Made by a program: the position numbers and the translations under genes | Shown here: piece by piece, positions 48,777-56,755 of the stretch | How the letters are laid out: each line of letters begins with the position of its first letter | Numbering within the stretch: position 1 is the stretch's first letter | The notes under the pieces: model-generated | Database searches by the model: none | Seen by the model: the letters and a program-made list of their open reading frames with translations, nothing else | What the model was told of the DNA's origin: nothing | DNA from: Candidatus Poseidoniaceae archaeon | Lineage (GTDB): Archaea; Thermoplasmatota; Poseidoniia; Poseidoniales; Poseidoniaceae | Assembly (NCBI GenBank): GCA_965659685.1 | Contig: CBFHXB010000002.1 | Coordinates: 71,903 to 135,902, forward strand | Direction: 5' to 3' | Length of the DNA: 64,000 nucleotides

Positions 48777-51164
48777 TCACTCGACCTTGCGAACGCGCTT
48801 TGGTGCAAAGGCAGCGAACAGGCCAAGGATGGCGACGAGCACGAACACCGTACCGAGGACGACAAGCCCGCCGGAGAGTTCAGGCCCGCCGCTGGAGGAC
48901 CCGTCATCGAGGGTCGATTCGGCTGGCGTCACGGTGACGGGAAGGCTCTCGAGGTTGTTGGATTCATCGCGCTCGTCGACGGTCGCGCTGCGGTCGACTT
49001 CGGCTTCAAGACGAACGAGTGCGTCCCCGTCTTCGGGCACGCGCCATGCGAATTCGACGACACCGAGTCCGCCGGGTTCAATCAAGGGGATTTCACCTGT
49101 ACCGATCAACTCGCCATCGGCGGTCAAACGCACGTCGACGAGGGTGGCCGTCACGGCGCCTGCGTTTCGGACGTAGACGGTGATGTCCACGATGCTGCCG
49201 CTTTCCAATGCCCCGGTCGGTGCGAGGATGTCATCGATGCTGAGGTCGGCCAGGGCCCGCACGTCAAGGTCGAGGGTTCGGTCCGTGCATGAGGTGGCAT
49301 CGCACACGGTGACGCCAACGGAGACAAAGCCAGGGGTAGGGGCCGTGAGACGAACCACGCCTGCGGTGAGATCAACGGTTGCCCATGAGCGGTTGGTGGA
49401 GGCTTGCAAATCGGAGGAATCGCCGTCGCTCACCGAGATGGCGACCGTGGTCTCCACCTCATGTTCGACCGGAACGATTCCGGGGAACTCGTCCACCACC
49501 GGAGCATCGTCCACGGTCGCGACCTGCACGGTCCACGATTCCGTCCATGTGTTGCCCGCCGCGTCCATCACCGAGGTGACGATGCCAGCGTTGCCTGAGG
49601 CCTCGGGCACCAAGGACACGCGGATTTGGCCCTCGGTGAGGTCCACGTTCACGACGTCTGGAGCATCGTTGGTGAAGGAGACCGCCAAGGCGTCAGCCGC
49701 GGTTCTGTCGTCGGTGCATCGGGTGATCAGGGGGAGGACGATGCCTCCGGCGTCTTCGGTCAGGAACTGATTTCCAACGTTCTGGCACACCGGGTCTTCG
49801 TCGTATTCAACGCTGAAGCCGCCGCTCAAACTCACCGAACTGAATTCGACGGCTGTGCTTGACGACGAACCGTTGGCGTCCCAGGTGAACACGGTCCCAA
49901 GACGAACTTCCACGGCTGAGTTGTCTTCGGCCAAGGCATGCCCAACGGGCAAGTCGAATCGGAAGGTTCCGAGGGTCGTCACCGGCTCGTTGGCGACCAC
50001 CACGCCGTTGACGTAAGCCGCCCAGCGGGAACTGCTTTCCAGCAGACCGGCCACGTCGCCATGGATGCGGCCGATCAGGGTCAAGGTCGGGTCGTTGACG
50101 TCAACGGTCAGCCGCGACATGCACCCTTCGTTCATCGAGACCCGAATTTGGAGGGCGTCGACGTTTGGAAGCAGTCCGTTCGTGTCATGGCTGGTCCACA
50201 CGCCGGGAGTGCCGTCGCCGTCCATCTCACGCACTTCGAAACTCAGGTTCGTCGTCGCCCCATCAAAGGCATAGGCCAGCCGGCCAAGGCGCTGTTCAGG
50301 TGGCCGCTCAACGGTGGCGCTGGTCCACTGTCCGAGGGTGCCTTCGGCCGAGGGTTGCAAGCCACATGGTGCCAGCGAAACACCGTCGGTTTGGCCTTCA
50401 TCAAGGTCGAGGTGGATCACTGGGATGCCGACGTTCGACGTGGTCGCCGTGGCCGTGGCTTGTTCTCCGCCGTACCATGGCGTCAGGACGACGATTTCCA
50501 ATCCGACCGCGTCAACGCGGAGTTCGCTGTCGTCGGTGGTGCCTTCGGACACGTAGTCCAGCCGCACGGTGAGGTCAGCCAATTCGCTCCACGTCCAGTT
50601 CGGGGCGTCGTCAAGGCCGATTCTATAGGGTTGACCGTCCATGTAATCGATGCCGCTTCCGGTGTTGGACCAGGTTTTCACCAAATCGAAAATGCCACCC
50701 GTTTCGTGAGACACACGCACCTTGTCTTGGAACAACGCTCCGGGCACTTCGATGGCCAGCAGGAGGGTCACGTCACGCACCGCAAAGGAAGTCAACCCGC
50801 TGACGTCGAATCCGTCCACGTCAATGTCCGGTCCAGTGCTCCACGTGTAGGCCCCGTCCGGTGCACCAAGGCTCGCATTGCTGTCGGTGGGTGTGGTGGA
50901 GGCCCAGACGGTCTGCGCGACCAAGTTCTCTGGCCGCTCGTGCATGAAGGTCAGATGATCGTCGGCCACCATGGCCTGCGTGTGCTGGGCAGGAGCCGTA
51001 CTGAAACTCACGCTGTCGTCCAAGGACCAGTCGCTGGGTTCGTCGAAAACGCCCTGAGGCAACAGATCGACGACCGCGGTTGAGTGAACGCTTCGAGCAG
51101 CGGCCGGGATGGCCGGGAGGAGCAGCAGGAGGACGAGCAAGGTCGCAACACGTGCCTTGGTCAT
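48777..51164 (-). CDS. Large secreted, C-terminally anchored surface protein (795 aa) with CARDB-like domain
   Basis: The ATG at 51164 gives MTKARVATLLVLLLLLPAIPAAARS. A CARDB-like module is present (DITVYVRNAGAVTATLVDVRL ... VDERDESNN). The C-terminus is SSSGGPELSGGLVVLGTVFVLVAILGLFAAFAPKRVRKVE*. Confidence 0.85.
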   Translation of the reverse strand: MTKARVATLLVLLLLLPAIPAAARSVHSTAVVDLLPQGVFDEPSDWSLDDSVSFSTAPAQHTQAMVADDHLTFMHERPENLVAQTVWASTTPTDSNASLGAPDGAYTWSTGPDIDVDGFDVSGLTSFAVRDVTLLLAIEVPGALFQDKVRVSHETGGIFDLVKTWSNTGSGIDYMDGQPYRIGLDDAPNWTWSELADLTVRLDYVSEGTTDDSELRVDAVGLEIVVLTPWYGGEQATATATTSNVGIPVIHLDLDEGQTDGVSLAPCGLQPSAEGTLGQWTSATVERPPEQRLGRLAYAFDGATTNLSFEVREMDGDGTPGVWTSHDTNGLLPNVDALQIRVSMNEGCMSRLTVDVNDPTLTLIGRIHGDVAGLLESSSRWAAYVNGVVVANEPVTTLGTFRFDLPVGHALAEDNSAVEVRLGTVFTWDANGSSSSTAVEFSSVSLSGGFSVEYDEDPVCQNVGNQFLTEDAGGIVLPLITRCTDDRTAADALAVSFTNDAPDVVNVDLTEGQIRVSLVPEASGNAGIVTSVMDAAGNTWTESWTVQVATVDDAPVVDEFPGIVPVEHEVETTVAISVSDGDSSDLQASTNRSWATVDLTAGVVRLTAPTPGFVSVGVTVCDATSCTDRTLDLDVRALADLSIDDILAPTGALESGSIVDITVYVRNAGAVTATLVDVRLTADGELIGTGEIPLIEPGGLGVVEFAWRVPEDGDALVRLEAEVDRSATVDERDESNNLESLPVTVTPAESTLDDGSSSGGPELSGGLVVLGTVFVLVAILGLFAAFAPKRVRKVE

Positions 51165-51238
51165 GGTTCCTCTTGGGGCGCAACGGCACTTGAACGCACG
51201 GGTCACTTGCTGCACCAAGAAACACGTTGCGGTGCGTT

Positions 51239-51244
51239 GAAATA
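51239..51244 (+). promoter_or_regulatory. Possible TATA-like box (GAAATA) for tRNA-His
   Basis: TTGAAATAGGCG ends about 28 nt upstream of the tRNA 5' end. It is weaker than the other boxes. Confidence 0.35.
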
Positions 51245-51272
51245 GGCGCGTCAGGACGGCGCGATACCTCTT

Positions 51273-51345
51273 GGCTGTGGTGGTGTAGGGGTTAGCACGG
51301 CAGATTGTGGTTCTGCCAGCCCGGGTTCAATTCCCGGCCACGGCC
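51273..51345 (+). tRNA. tRNA-His (anticodon GUG) with genome-encoded G-1, no encoded CCA
   Basis: GGCTGTGGTGGTGTAGGGGTTAGCACGGCAGATTGTGGTTCTGCCAGCCCGGGTTCAATTCCCGGCCACGGCC. The extra 5' G pairs with the discriminator C, giving an 8-bp acceptor. The anticodon loop is TTGTGGT. Confidence 0.9.
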
Positions 51346-51350
51346 CTCTG

Positions 51351-51362
51351 TTGTTTTCTGTT
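51351..51362 (+). terminator. Oligo-T-rich tract after tRNA-His
   Basis: TTGTTTTCTGTT begins 6 nt after the tRNA 3' end. Archaeal terminators are typically oligo-T runs. Confidence 0.35.
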
Positions 51363-51456
51363 GGAAGCAGGCCGTGGCCTCAGGCGTTCTGTTGACCGAT
51401 GTTCTTCGCACGGCAGAGCTTTGCTCATCTCCTGCACGTCATGCAAAGGTCACGCG

Positions 51457-51777
51457 CTAGACACTTACTTCTGATAGAGCCCGACCAAGTTCGAACAGGA
51501 ACAACATCAGCAAAATGAATGCGGCCAACAGGGCGATGACGGTCAAGCCAACGAGTCCGCCAAGGAGTTTGAATACGAACAACACCTTGCGTTCGTAGGC
51601 GTCGGGTTCATCCTTCCTCGGGTCAGGAGCCAAGGCCACGATTTCTGCTTCCATGCCTTCGCCTTCGTCGGGCAACCATCCAAACTGTTGACCGCAGGAC
51701 AAACACGTGAACACGTCTGCCTTGTTCGCGGGGAGTTCAAGGGTTGCCTCGCAGTGAGGACACTGCCCCTCTGGCAT
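51457..51777 (-). CDS. Zinc-ribbon plus C-terminal TM-helix protein (106 aa, hypothetical)
   Basis: MPEGQCPHCEATLELPANKADVFTCLSCGQQF has CxxC-x17-CxxC. The TM helix is LLGGLVGLTVIALLAAFILLMLFLF. The ATG at 51777 lies 22 nt downstream of an AAAAAATAA box. Confidence 0.55.
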   Translation of the reverse strand: MPEGQCPHCEATLELPANKADVFTCLSCGQQFGWLPDEGEGMEAEIVALAPDPRKDEPDAYERKVLFVFKLLGGLVGLTVIALLAAFILLMLFLFELGRALSEVSV

Positions 51778-51799
51778 GCAAAAACATGTTTCGGTGCGG

Positions 51800-51808
51800 T
51801 TATTTTTT
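51800..51808 (-). promoter_or_regulatory. TATA-like box (AAAAAATAA)
   Basis: It lies in an AT-rich patch inside the 3' end of the upstream gene, 22 nt upstream of the ATG at 51777 on the minus strand. Confidence 0.4.
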
Positions 51809-51827
51809 GCTCCGAAACGAACGGAGT

Positions 51828-53282
51828 TCACAGCGTCTGCGGGCCACCGGCGGGCATTGGTGCCAGCATGGTGATGTTCTCGCCCCGCAGGCTGGGGCCC
51901 TCATGGAAGGTCGCGAAGATGCCGACATCGGCGCCGCTCGCGCCTCCGATGTTGTGGGCCAGGGCGAACCAGGTGCGCCCTTCAGCGTCAACCCGGATGT
52001 CGAGGAAGTCACCGAGACCACCGCAGCGGTTGTAGCCGCAGTCCTCGACGGTGTCGATCGGGTCGTCCATCGCGTTGAGTTGGACGGTGGTCAGCAGTGG
52101 CGTTTCGTTGAAGGCGTCCGTCGCATAGGTGAGGTAGGCGTTCCAGATTTCCTCTTCCCGGGCGTCTTCACCGACGTAGCCGAAGGCGACGGTGCCGGCG
52201 TCACCGGCCACGACCACGGGGAATCCGGTGCCGGTCAAGCCGATGGGCGGTGCGATCATGGTCGCGTTGGACCACGTCGTGCCTTGGTCACGTGAATACG
52301 ACCAGTAGGGCATGTCGTCCAAGCCCATCCACATCGCGTGGACGTTGCCGGAGGAATCGACCTCCACCTGCGCTTCTTCGGCGTTCCACGTGTCTGCGGT
52401 GCCGGTTTCAGAGGTCGGAAGCGGGTGTTCGGTCCACGAAATGCCCGCGTTGGTGGTGCGGAACACAGAGTAGCCTTCGCCCGTGCATCCCTTGTTGCCA
52501 CGGTAGAAGTTCCCGTCGACGCTGCCGACAAGGTGCGCCGAGAGGCCACCGGAGGAGCAGGTCACCGGCGCGCCAGAGGTTTCTGGGCCCCACGTTGCGC
52601 CGCCGTCTTGGCTTGAGGAACAGAGCGGGTGAGGCGCGTTGCCGTTGATGCAGAACATCCAGGTGGTCGGATGGAAGAGGGCTTCCATGTTCGAGCTCGC
52701 AATGGTTTGGTGGTCTTGGACCGAGTAAATCTGGGTGGCCACGCTGGGTCCATTCCACGATGCACCCTCATCGTCGGACCATTCGACGGTCATGCCCAAC
52801 AAGGCGTGCATGTCGAATTTCATGATGCGGCTGGTCCACGGGTCGACGTAGATGTAGGGGTCGTTGGAGTTCGCGATGGGCAGCAGTGGATCGTAGACGT
52901 TCTCGCAGGAATAATCCAACACGGTGGTCATGCCGATCAAATCGCAGGCCACCACGGCCGTGGAACCACCCGGTCCGTTGCCGTAGGAACTCATGAAGAG
53001 GGTTTGCGACTCGGTGATGCCCATCGTCGGCTCGAAGGTCGACATGCCGATGCCGTAGTAGGTGCCCATGGCATGGAATGGAGCGTTTCGACCTTCGAGG
53101 CCGAGGCTGTCGTTGCCCCACGCGTCCACGGCGTCGGGCATGTGGTACCAGGTCAATTCGGGACGCTCGAAGTCCCACACGGTGGGCGTGGGCGCCTCCG
53201 GCTCGGCCTCTTCGCCACCAAGGCAACCTGCCAGCGGCAGGGTCAGCATCATGATGGTCAGAAGGAGGGCCATCGTGCGCAT
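51828..53282 (-). CDS. BNR/Asp-box repeat beta-propeller protein with lipobox-type signal peptide
   Basis: MRTMALLLTIMMLTLPLAGC carries an LAGC lipobox. Four Asp-boxes are present: SDDEGASW, SQDGGATW, TTNAGISW and SRDQGTTW. Confidence 0.8.
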   Translation of the reverse strand: MRTMALLLTIMMLTLPLAGCLGGEEAEPEAPTPTVWDFERPELTWYHMPDAVDAWGNDSLGLEGRNAPFHAMGTYYGIGMSTFEPTMGITESQTLFMSSYGNGPGGSTAVVACDLIGMTTVLDYSCENVYDPLLPIANSNDPYIYVDPWTSRIMKFDMHALLGMTVEWSDDEGASWNGPSVATQIYSVQDHQTIASSNMEALFHPTTWMFCINGNAPHPLCSSSQDGGATWGPETSGAPVTCSSGGLSAHLVGSVDGNFYRGNKGCTGEGYSVFRTTNAGISWTEHPLPTSETGTADTWNAEEAQVEVDSSGNVHAMWMGLDDMPYWSYSRDQGTTWSNATMIAPPIGLTGTGFPVVVAGDAGTVAFGYVGEDAREEEIWNAYLTYATDAFNETPLLTTVQLNAMDDPIDTVEDCGYNRCGGLGDFLDIRVDAEGRTWFALAHNIGGASGADVGIFATFHEGPSLRGENITMLAPMPAGGPQTL

Positions 53283-53311
53283 GCTGCTCACCGTACCTCG
53301 CTCAGCGAGGT

Positions 53312-54235
53312 TCACGCTTCGTCTGAAATGGAGGTCGGTCTTGAACGCTCTCGTCGTTGCCTGCGGCCACCTTCGAGGGCTTGACGGTCCAGAACGGACT
53401 TGCCGTAGGGCGTCAGGTACTGCTCGAGGGGATCACGACGTCGTCGGACGCTGCCGCTGCCTCGACCTCCGACCTTTCCTCCACCGCCGACGCTGCGTCC
53501 GGCCTTGAGGCGAGCTTGAACTTCGAGCGCCCTTTCGCGCTTTTGTTCGTCGCTCAAGTTCTTCATCGACGGGTCCTTCATCAAGCCCTCAAGTTCCTTC
53601 TTCGAGGCACGCTTCTTGGCGGCCCGGTGCTGGTAGACGAAACTTACCCCAGCAATCGGAACGGCGAACCACACGGTGGTCGAGGCGCCAGGATGCAGGG
53701 TCATCACCGGCATTTCAAGGAGAATGAACACACCCACCAGAAGCCCAACTGAGCCCACGGCTGCCGCAGCAATGGTCGGCAACAGCTTGCGCACGGACCG
53801 CGTGAAATACCACGTGACCAACGCGGCAATGATGGGGATGAACTCACCCTGCTCGATGTCGATGCCGCGCACATAGAGTGCCTGTACGCCGGCCGTGATG
53901 CCGATGAAGGCCAGCAAACCTGCCATCATCCGCAGGCTTGCTTGCGCCACCGACACCATCAGGATGCCGATGATCGCGGCGCAGGCCAGTTGGCTCTGCG
54001 CCATGTCCAACGGCGAATCGATGCCCACCGATTGGAGCATGCTCAGTAGGTTTGGGGCGAGCACATAGCCCGTCACCGCTCCAATGGCGAGGGCCGTCAC
54101 CGGCAAGCGACGGTGACCTTGAAGCAACAAAAGGACGGAAAAAAGCACGATGGGAGCGCCTGCGAGCGGACCTTGTGCTTCGACGACCAACAGGAGGTCG
54201 CTGCCGGAGTCGGCGATGTCGTTGATTCTCGACAC
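53312..54235 (-). CDS. Hypothetical polytopic membrane protein with basic C-terminal tail
   Basis: Several TM helices (AIIGILMVSVAQASL, LLAFIGITAGV, VGLLVGVFILLEM, WFAVPIAGVSFVY) are followed by a K/R-rich tail. The GTG at 54235 is a proposed start. The rest of the 549-aa track ORF is antisense to the hydroxylase gene. Confidence 0.45.
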   Translation of the reverse strand: MSRINDIADSGSDLLLVVEAQGPLAGAPIVLFSVLLLLQGHRRLPVTALAIGAVTGYVLAPNLLSMLQSVGIDSPLDMAQSQLACAAIIGILMVSVAQASLRMMAGLLAFIGITAGVQALYVRGIDIEQGEFIPIIAALVTWYFTRSVRKLLPTIAAAAVGSVGLLVGVFILLEMPVMTLHPGASTTVWFAVPIAGVSFVYQHRAAKKRASKKELEGLMKDPSMKNLSDEQKRERALEVQARLKAGRSVGGGGKVGGRGSGSVRRRRDPLEQYLTPYGKSVLDRQALEGGRRQRRERSRPTSISDEA

Positions 54236-54379
54236 GTGCTCACGAGGTCCGGGCCGGTCTTCATGATGCCGATGATGGGCCCACGACTCAGTCGAGACGA
54301 GGTGCTTGGCGTTCGATGTTCTGTGGTGCGCGACGAGAGAAGACGATACCAACAAAAGCGGGCCTTGTGTCTTCGGTTC

Positions 54380-55480
54380 ATGGGTGACGAGGACCAGCTC
54401 ATCGTGCCCACGGTGGAAGGAGGGCTCCTCGACGCGATGACGCCTCACATCGAAGCCGTGGAACGTCGGAAGCAGCGGGAGGAGGAGGATTTGGCCCCGA
54501 CTCCGCTGGTGTTCCGCGTGATGTTGACCCTCGCTTTGATCGGGGGATTGGCTTGGGCATGGTCCTTGGAGGCCTTCGGTCCTCTTGGCGTGCTGGTGGT
54601 GTTGTTTGTCCTTGTCGTGCCCTTCGAGAAATTGTTTCCTCGTCACGCGCAACCCTTGCGACGTCCAATGGTTGTCTCGGACATGACCCACGCGCTCCTC
54701 CTCCCGGTCAACGGTGTGCTGGCCACCATCGTCGTGGTCGTGGTGGCCGTGCTTTCGCTGATGTGGATTCCAGGACTGTTGCTCCGACCCTTGGTGGACC
54801 AACTCCCAGAACTTCCTCGCTTGGTGCTTGGCGTCTTGCTCTTCGATCTCGCCGTGTATTGGACGCACCGCTTCCACCATGAGGTGCCCTTCCTCTGGCG
54901 CTTTCACCAGGTCCACCATTCCACAGAGCATTTGGATTGGGTCTCTGGATTTCGCGTTCACCCGTTGGATGGAGCCTTGTTGGCGCCCGCCTTCGTGTTC
55001 TTGATCGCCGCAGGATTTTCACCCGAATTTGGTGGCGTTCTTGCCGTCGCTCAGGCCATCACCGGCTTGTTCCTTCACGCCAACGTTCGGTTTCGGTGGC
55101 GCTTGCTCCACCGCCTGATCATCACGCCTGAATTCCATCACTGGCACCATTCCAACCATGAGGAGGCACGATGGTCGAATTACTCCACCTTCCTCCCGGT
55201 GTGGGACATGATCTTCCGCACCTACCACATGCCCAAAGACGCGCGACCACAAACCTACGGGATCGACACACCAATGCCCAAGGGTGTGATGGAACAATGG
55301 TTGCTCCCCTTCCGAGGTTTGGGCTCGCCTGTCAACGCGGTGCGCCATCCGTGGCGCTCGTTCAAACTCGTGCTGTCCGGCACCAAACGGCTGCTCCGTG
55401 ACATGCGCTGGAGCATGACACGAAAGCACGACCAAACACCGTTCGGCGTGCCGAAGGTCCCGGCCCCCCAAGACCCGTGA
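54380..55480 (+). CDS. Fatty-acid hydroxylase / sterol-desaturase superfamily membrane enzyme
   Basis: Three His boxes are present (HRFHHE, HQVHHS, HHWHHSN) in a multi-TM protein. The start is uncertain, with ATGs at 54263, 54380 and 54437. Confidence 0.8.
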   Translation: MGDEDQLIVPTVEGGLLDAMTPHIEAVERRKQREEEDLAPTPLVFRVMLTLALIGGLAWAWSLEAFGPLGVLVVLFVLVVPFEKLFPRHAQPLRRPMVVSDMTHALLLPVNGVLATIVVVVVAVLSLMWIPGLLLRPLVDQLPELPRLVLGVLLFDLAVYWTHRFHHEVPFLWRFHQVHHSTEHLDWVSGFRVHPLDGALLAPAFVFLIAAGFSPEFGGVLAVAQAITGLFLHANVRFRWRLLHRLIITPEFHHWHHSNHEEARWSNYSTFLPVWDMIFRTYHMPKDARPQTYGIDTPMPKGVMEQWLLPFRGLGSPVNAVRHPWRSFKLVLSGTKRLLRDMRWSMTRKHDQTPFGVPKVPAPQDP

Positions 55481-55533
55481 CCCTCCGGACGGAGCGGTCG
55501 CTTCTTTGAAATGGCGACCGCGGGTCGGGGGAC

Positions 55534-56745
55534 TTGGTGAGCACCGTGATCAACGATCTCGCGAACCCCACAGAAGCCCATCTCATGTTGCGTGAGATGG
55601 TGCGTGAATGGGTCAAAGAGCACGTCGAACCTCAAGCGCATGAGCACGACCGGTTGGAACGATTCAACCTCGACCTGATGCGCTCCATGGGTGAATTGGG
55701 CCTGCTTGGCCTGACGGCAGACGAAGCCTATGGCGGCGCAGATCTGGATGCTGTTGCGGTCTGCATCGTCCACGAGGAACTGTCCGCCTCGGACCCAGGG
55801 TTTGCCCTTGCCTACCTCGCACATGCGATGCTGTTTGTGAACAACCTCGCCTTCAACGGTGACGACGCACAAAAAGAACGCATCCTGCCAAAGGTCTGCT
55901 CAGGCGAGTGGATCGGCGCGATGGCCATGTCCGAACCCGACGCAGGAACCGACGTCCTCGGATTGACCACCAACGCGGTCAAGCAAAACGACGGAACGTG
56001 GTTGCTCAACGGTCGCAAGATGTGGATCACCAACGGCGTCCTCGACGAAGAGGGCACCCCCGCCGATGTCGTCTGGGTCTACGCAAAAACCGGCACCGAC
56101 GCAAACGGTCGCGTTCAGATGAGCACCTTCCTCGTGGAAGCCGGCATGCCGGGATACAGCGTCGGTCAGAAGATCATGGACAAGACCGGCATGCGAGCCT
56201 CCAACACCGCTGAATTGGTCTTCCAGGATTGCATCGTCCCCGCTGCCAACCTTGTCGGCGACGAAGGCGGTTCCTTGGTGCACATGATGGGCAACCTCGA
56301 AATCGAGCGCTTGGCCTTGGCCGCGATGTCCCTCGGGATCGGTCGCCGTGCCCTCGAAGAAATGAACCAATACGCCACGGACCGCACCGCGTTCGGGAAC
56401 AGCATCCGTGATTTCGGCCAAATCCAACGTCACATCGGTGAGTCGTGGTCCAAGTACCGTGCCATGCGTTCCTACATCTACGACACCGCATCCAACCTCG
56501 AACTCGGGCAAGCCGGACAACGCTTGGACTCCGACGGCGTGAAACTCTACGCCACCACGGCCGCCAAGGAAATCGCGGACGCCGCCATGCAAGTCATGGG
56601 AGGCTACGGGTACGTGGGTGAGTATCACGTCGAGCGTTTGTGGCGGGACGCGAAGTTGCTGGAGATCGGTGGCGGGACCCTTGAATCCCACCAGAAGAAC
56701 ATCACCCGCGACCTCGCGAAGATGCACGATGCTATCTTGCGATGA
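55534..56745 (+). CDS. Acyl-CoA dehydrogenase (isovaleryl-CoA dehydrogenase-like)
   Basis: GAMAMSEPDAGTDV, MWITNG, ASNTAELVFQDCIVP and GGYGYVGEYHVERLWRDAKLLEIGGGT are present. Confidence 0.9.
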   Translation: MVSTVINDLANPTEAHLMLREMVREWVKEHVEPQAHEHDRLERFNLDLMRSMGELGLLGLTADEAYGGADLDAVAVCIVHEELSASDPGFALAYLAHAMLFVNNLAFNGDDAQKERILPKVCSGEWIGAMAMSEPDAGTDVLGLTTNAVKQNDGTWLLNGRKMWITNGVLDEEGTPADVVWVYAKTGTDANGRVQMSTFLVEAGMPGYSVGQKIMDKTGMRASNTAELVFQDCIVPAANLVGDEGGSLVHMMGNLEIERLALAAMSLGIGRRALEEMNQYATDRTAFGNSIRDFGQIQRHIGESWSKYRAMRSYIYDTASNLELGQAGQRLDSDGVKLYATTAAKEIADAAMQVMGGYGYVGEYHVERLWRDAKLLEIGGGTLESHQKNITRDLAKMHDAILR

Positions 56746-56755
56746 GTCTGCGTCC

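Noticed and set aside
49938-51083. 381-aa plus-strand ORF (similar cases: 55900-56865 minus, 46125-47060 minus, 1213-2001 plus, 5405-6277 plus, 32418-33539 minus, 62016-62797 plus)
   Set aside because: All are antisense to genes with signal peptides or family motifs, and all have the typical GC-shadow amino-acid composition.
51346-51456. C/D-box sRNA downstream of tRNA-His (AGATGAG ... CTGA on the minus strand)
   Set aside because: The C box is imperfect, there are no D'/C' boxes at the expected spacing, and there is no terminal stem.
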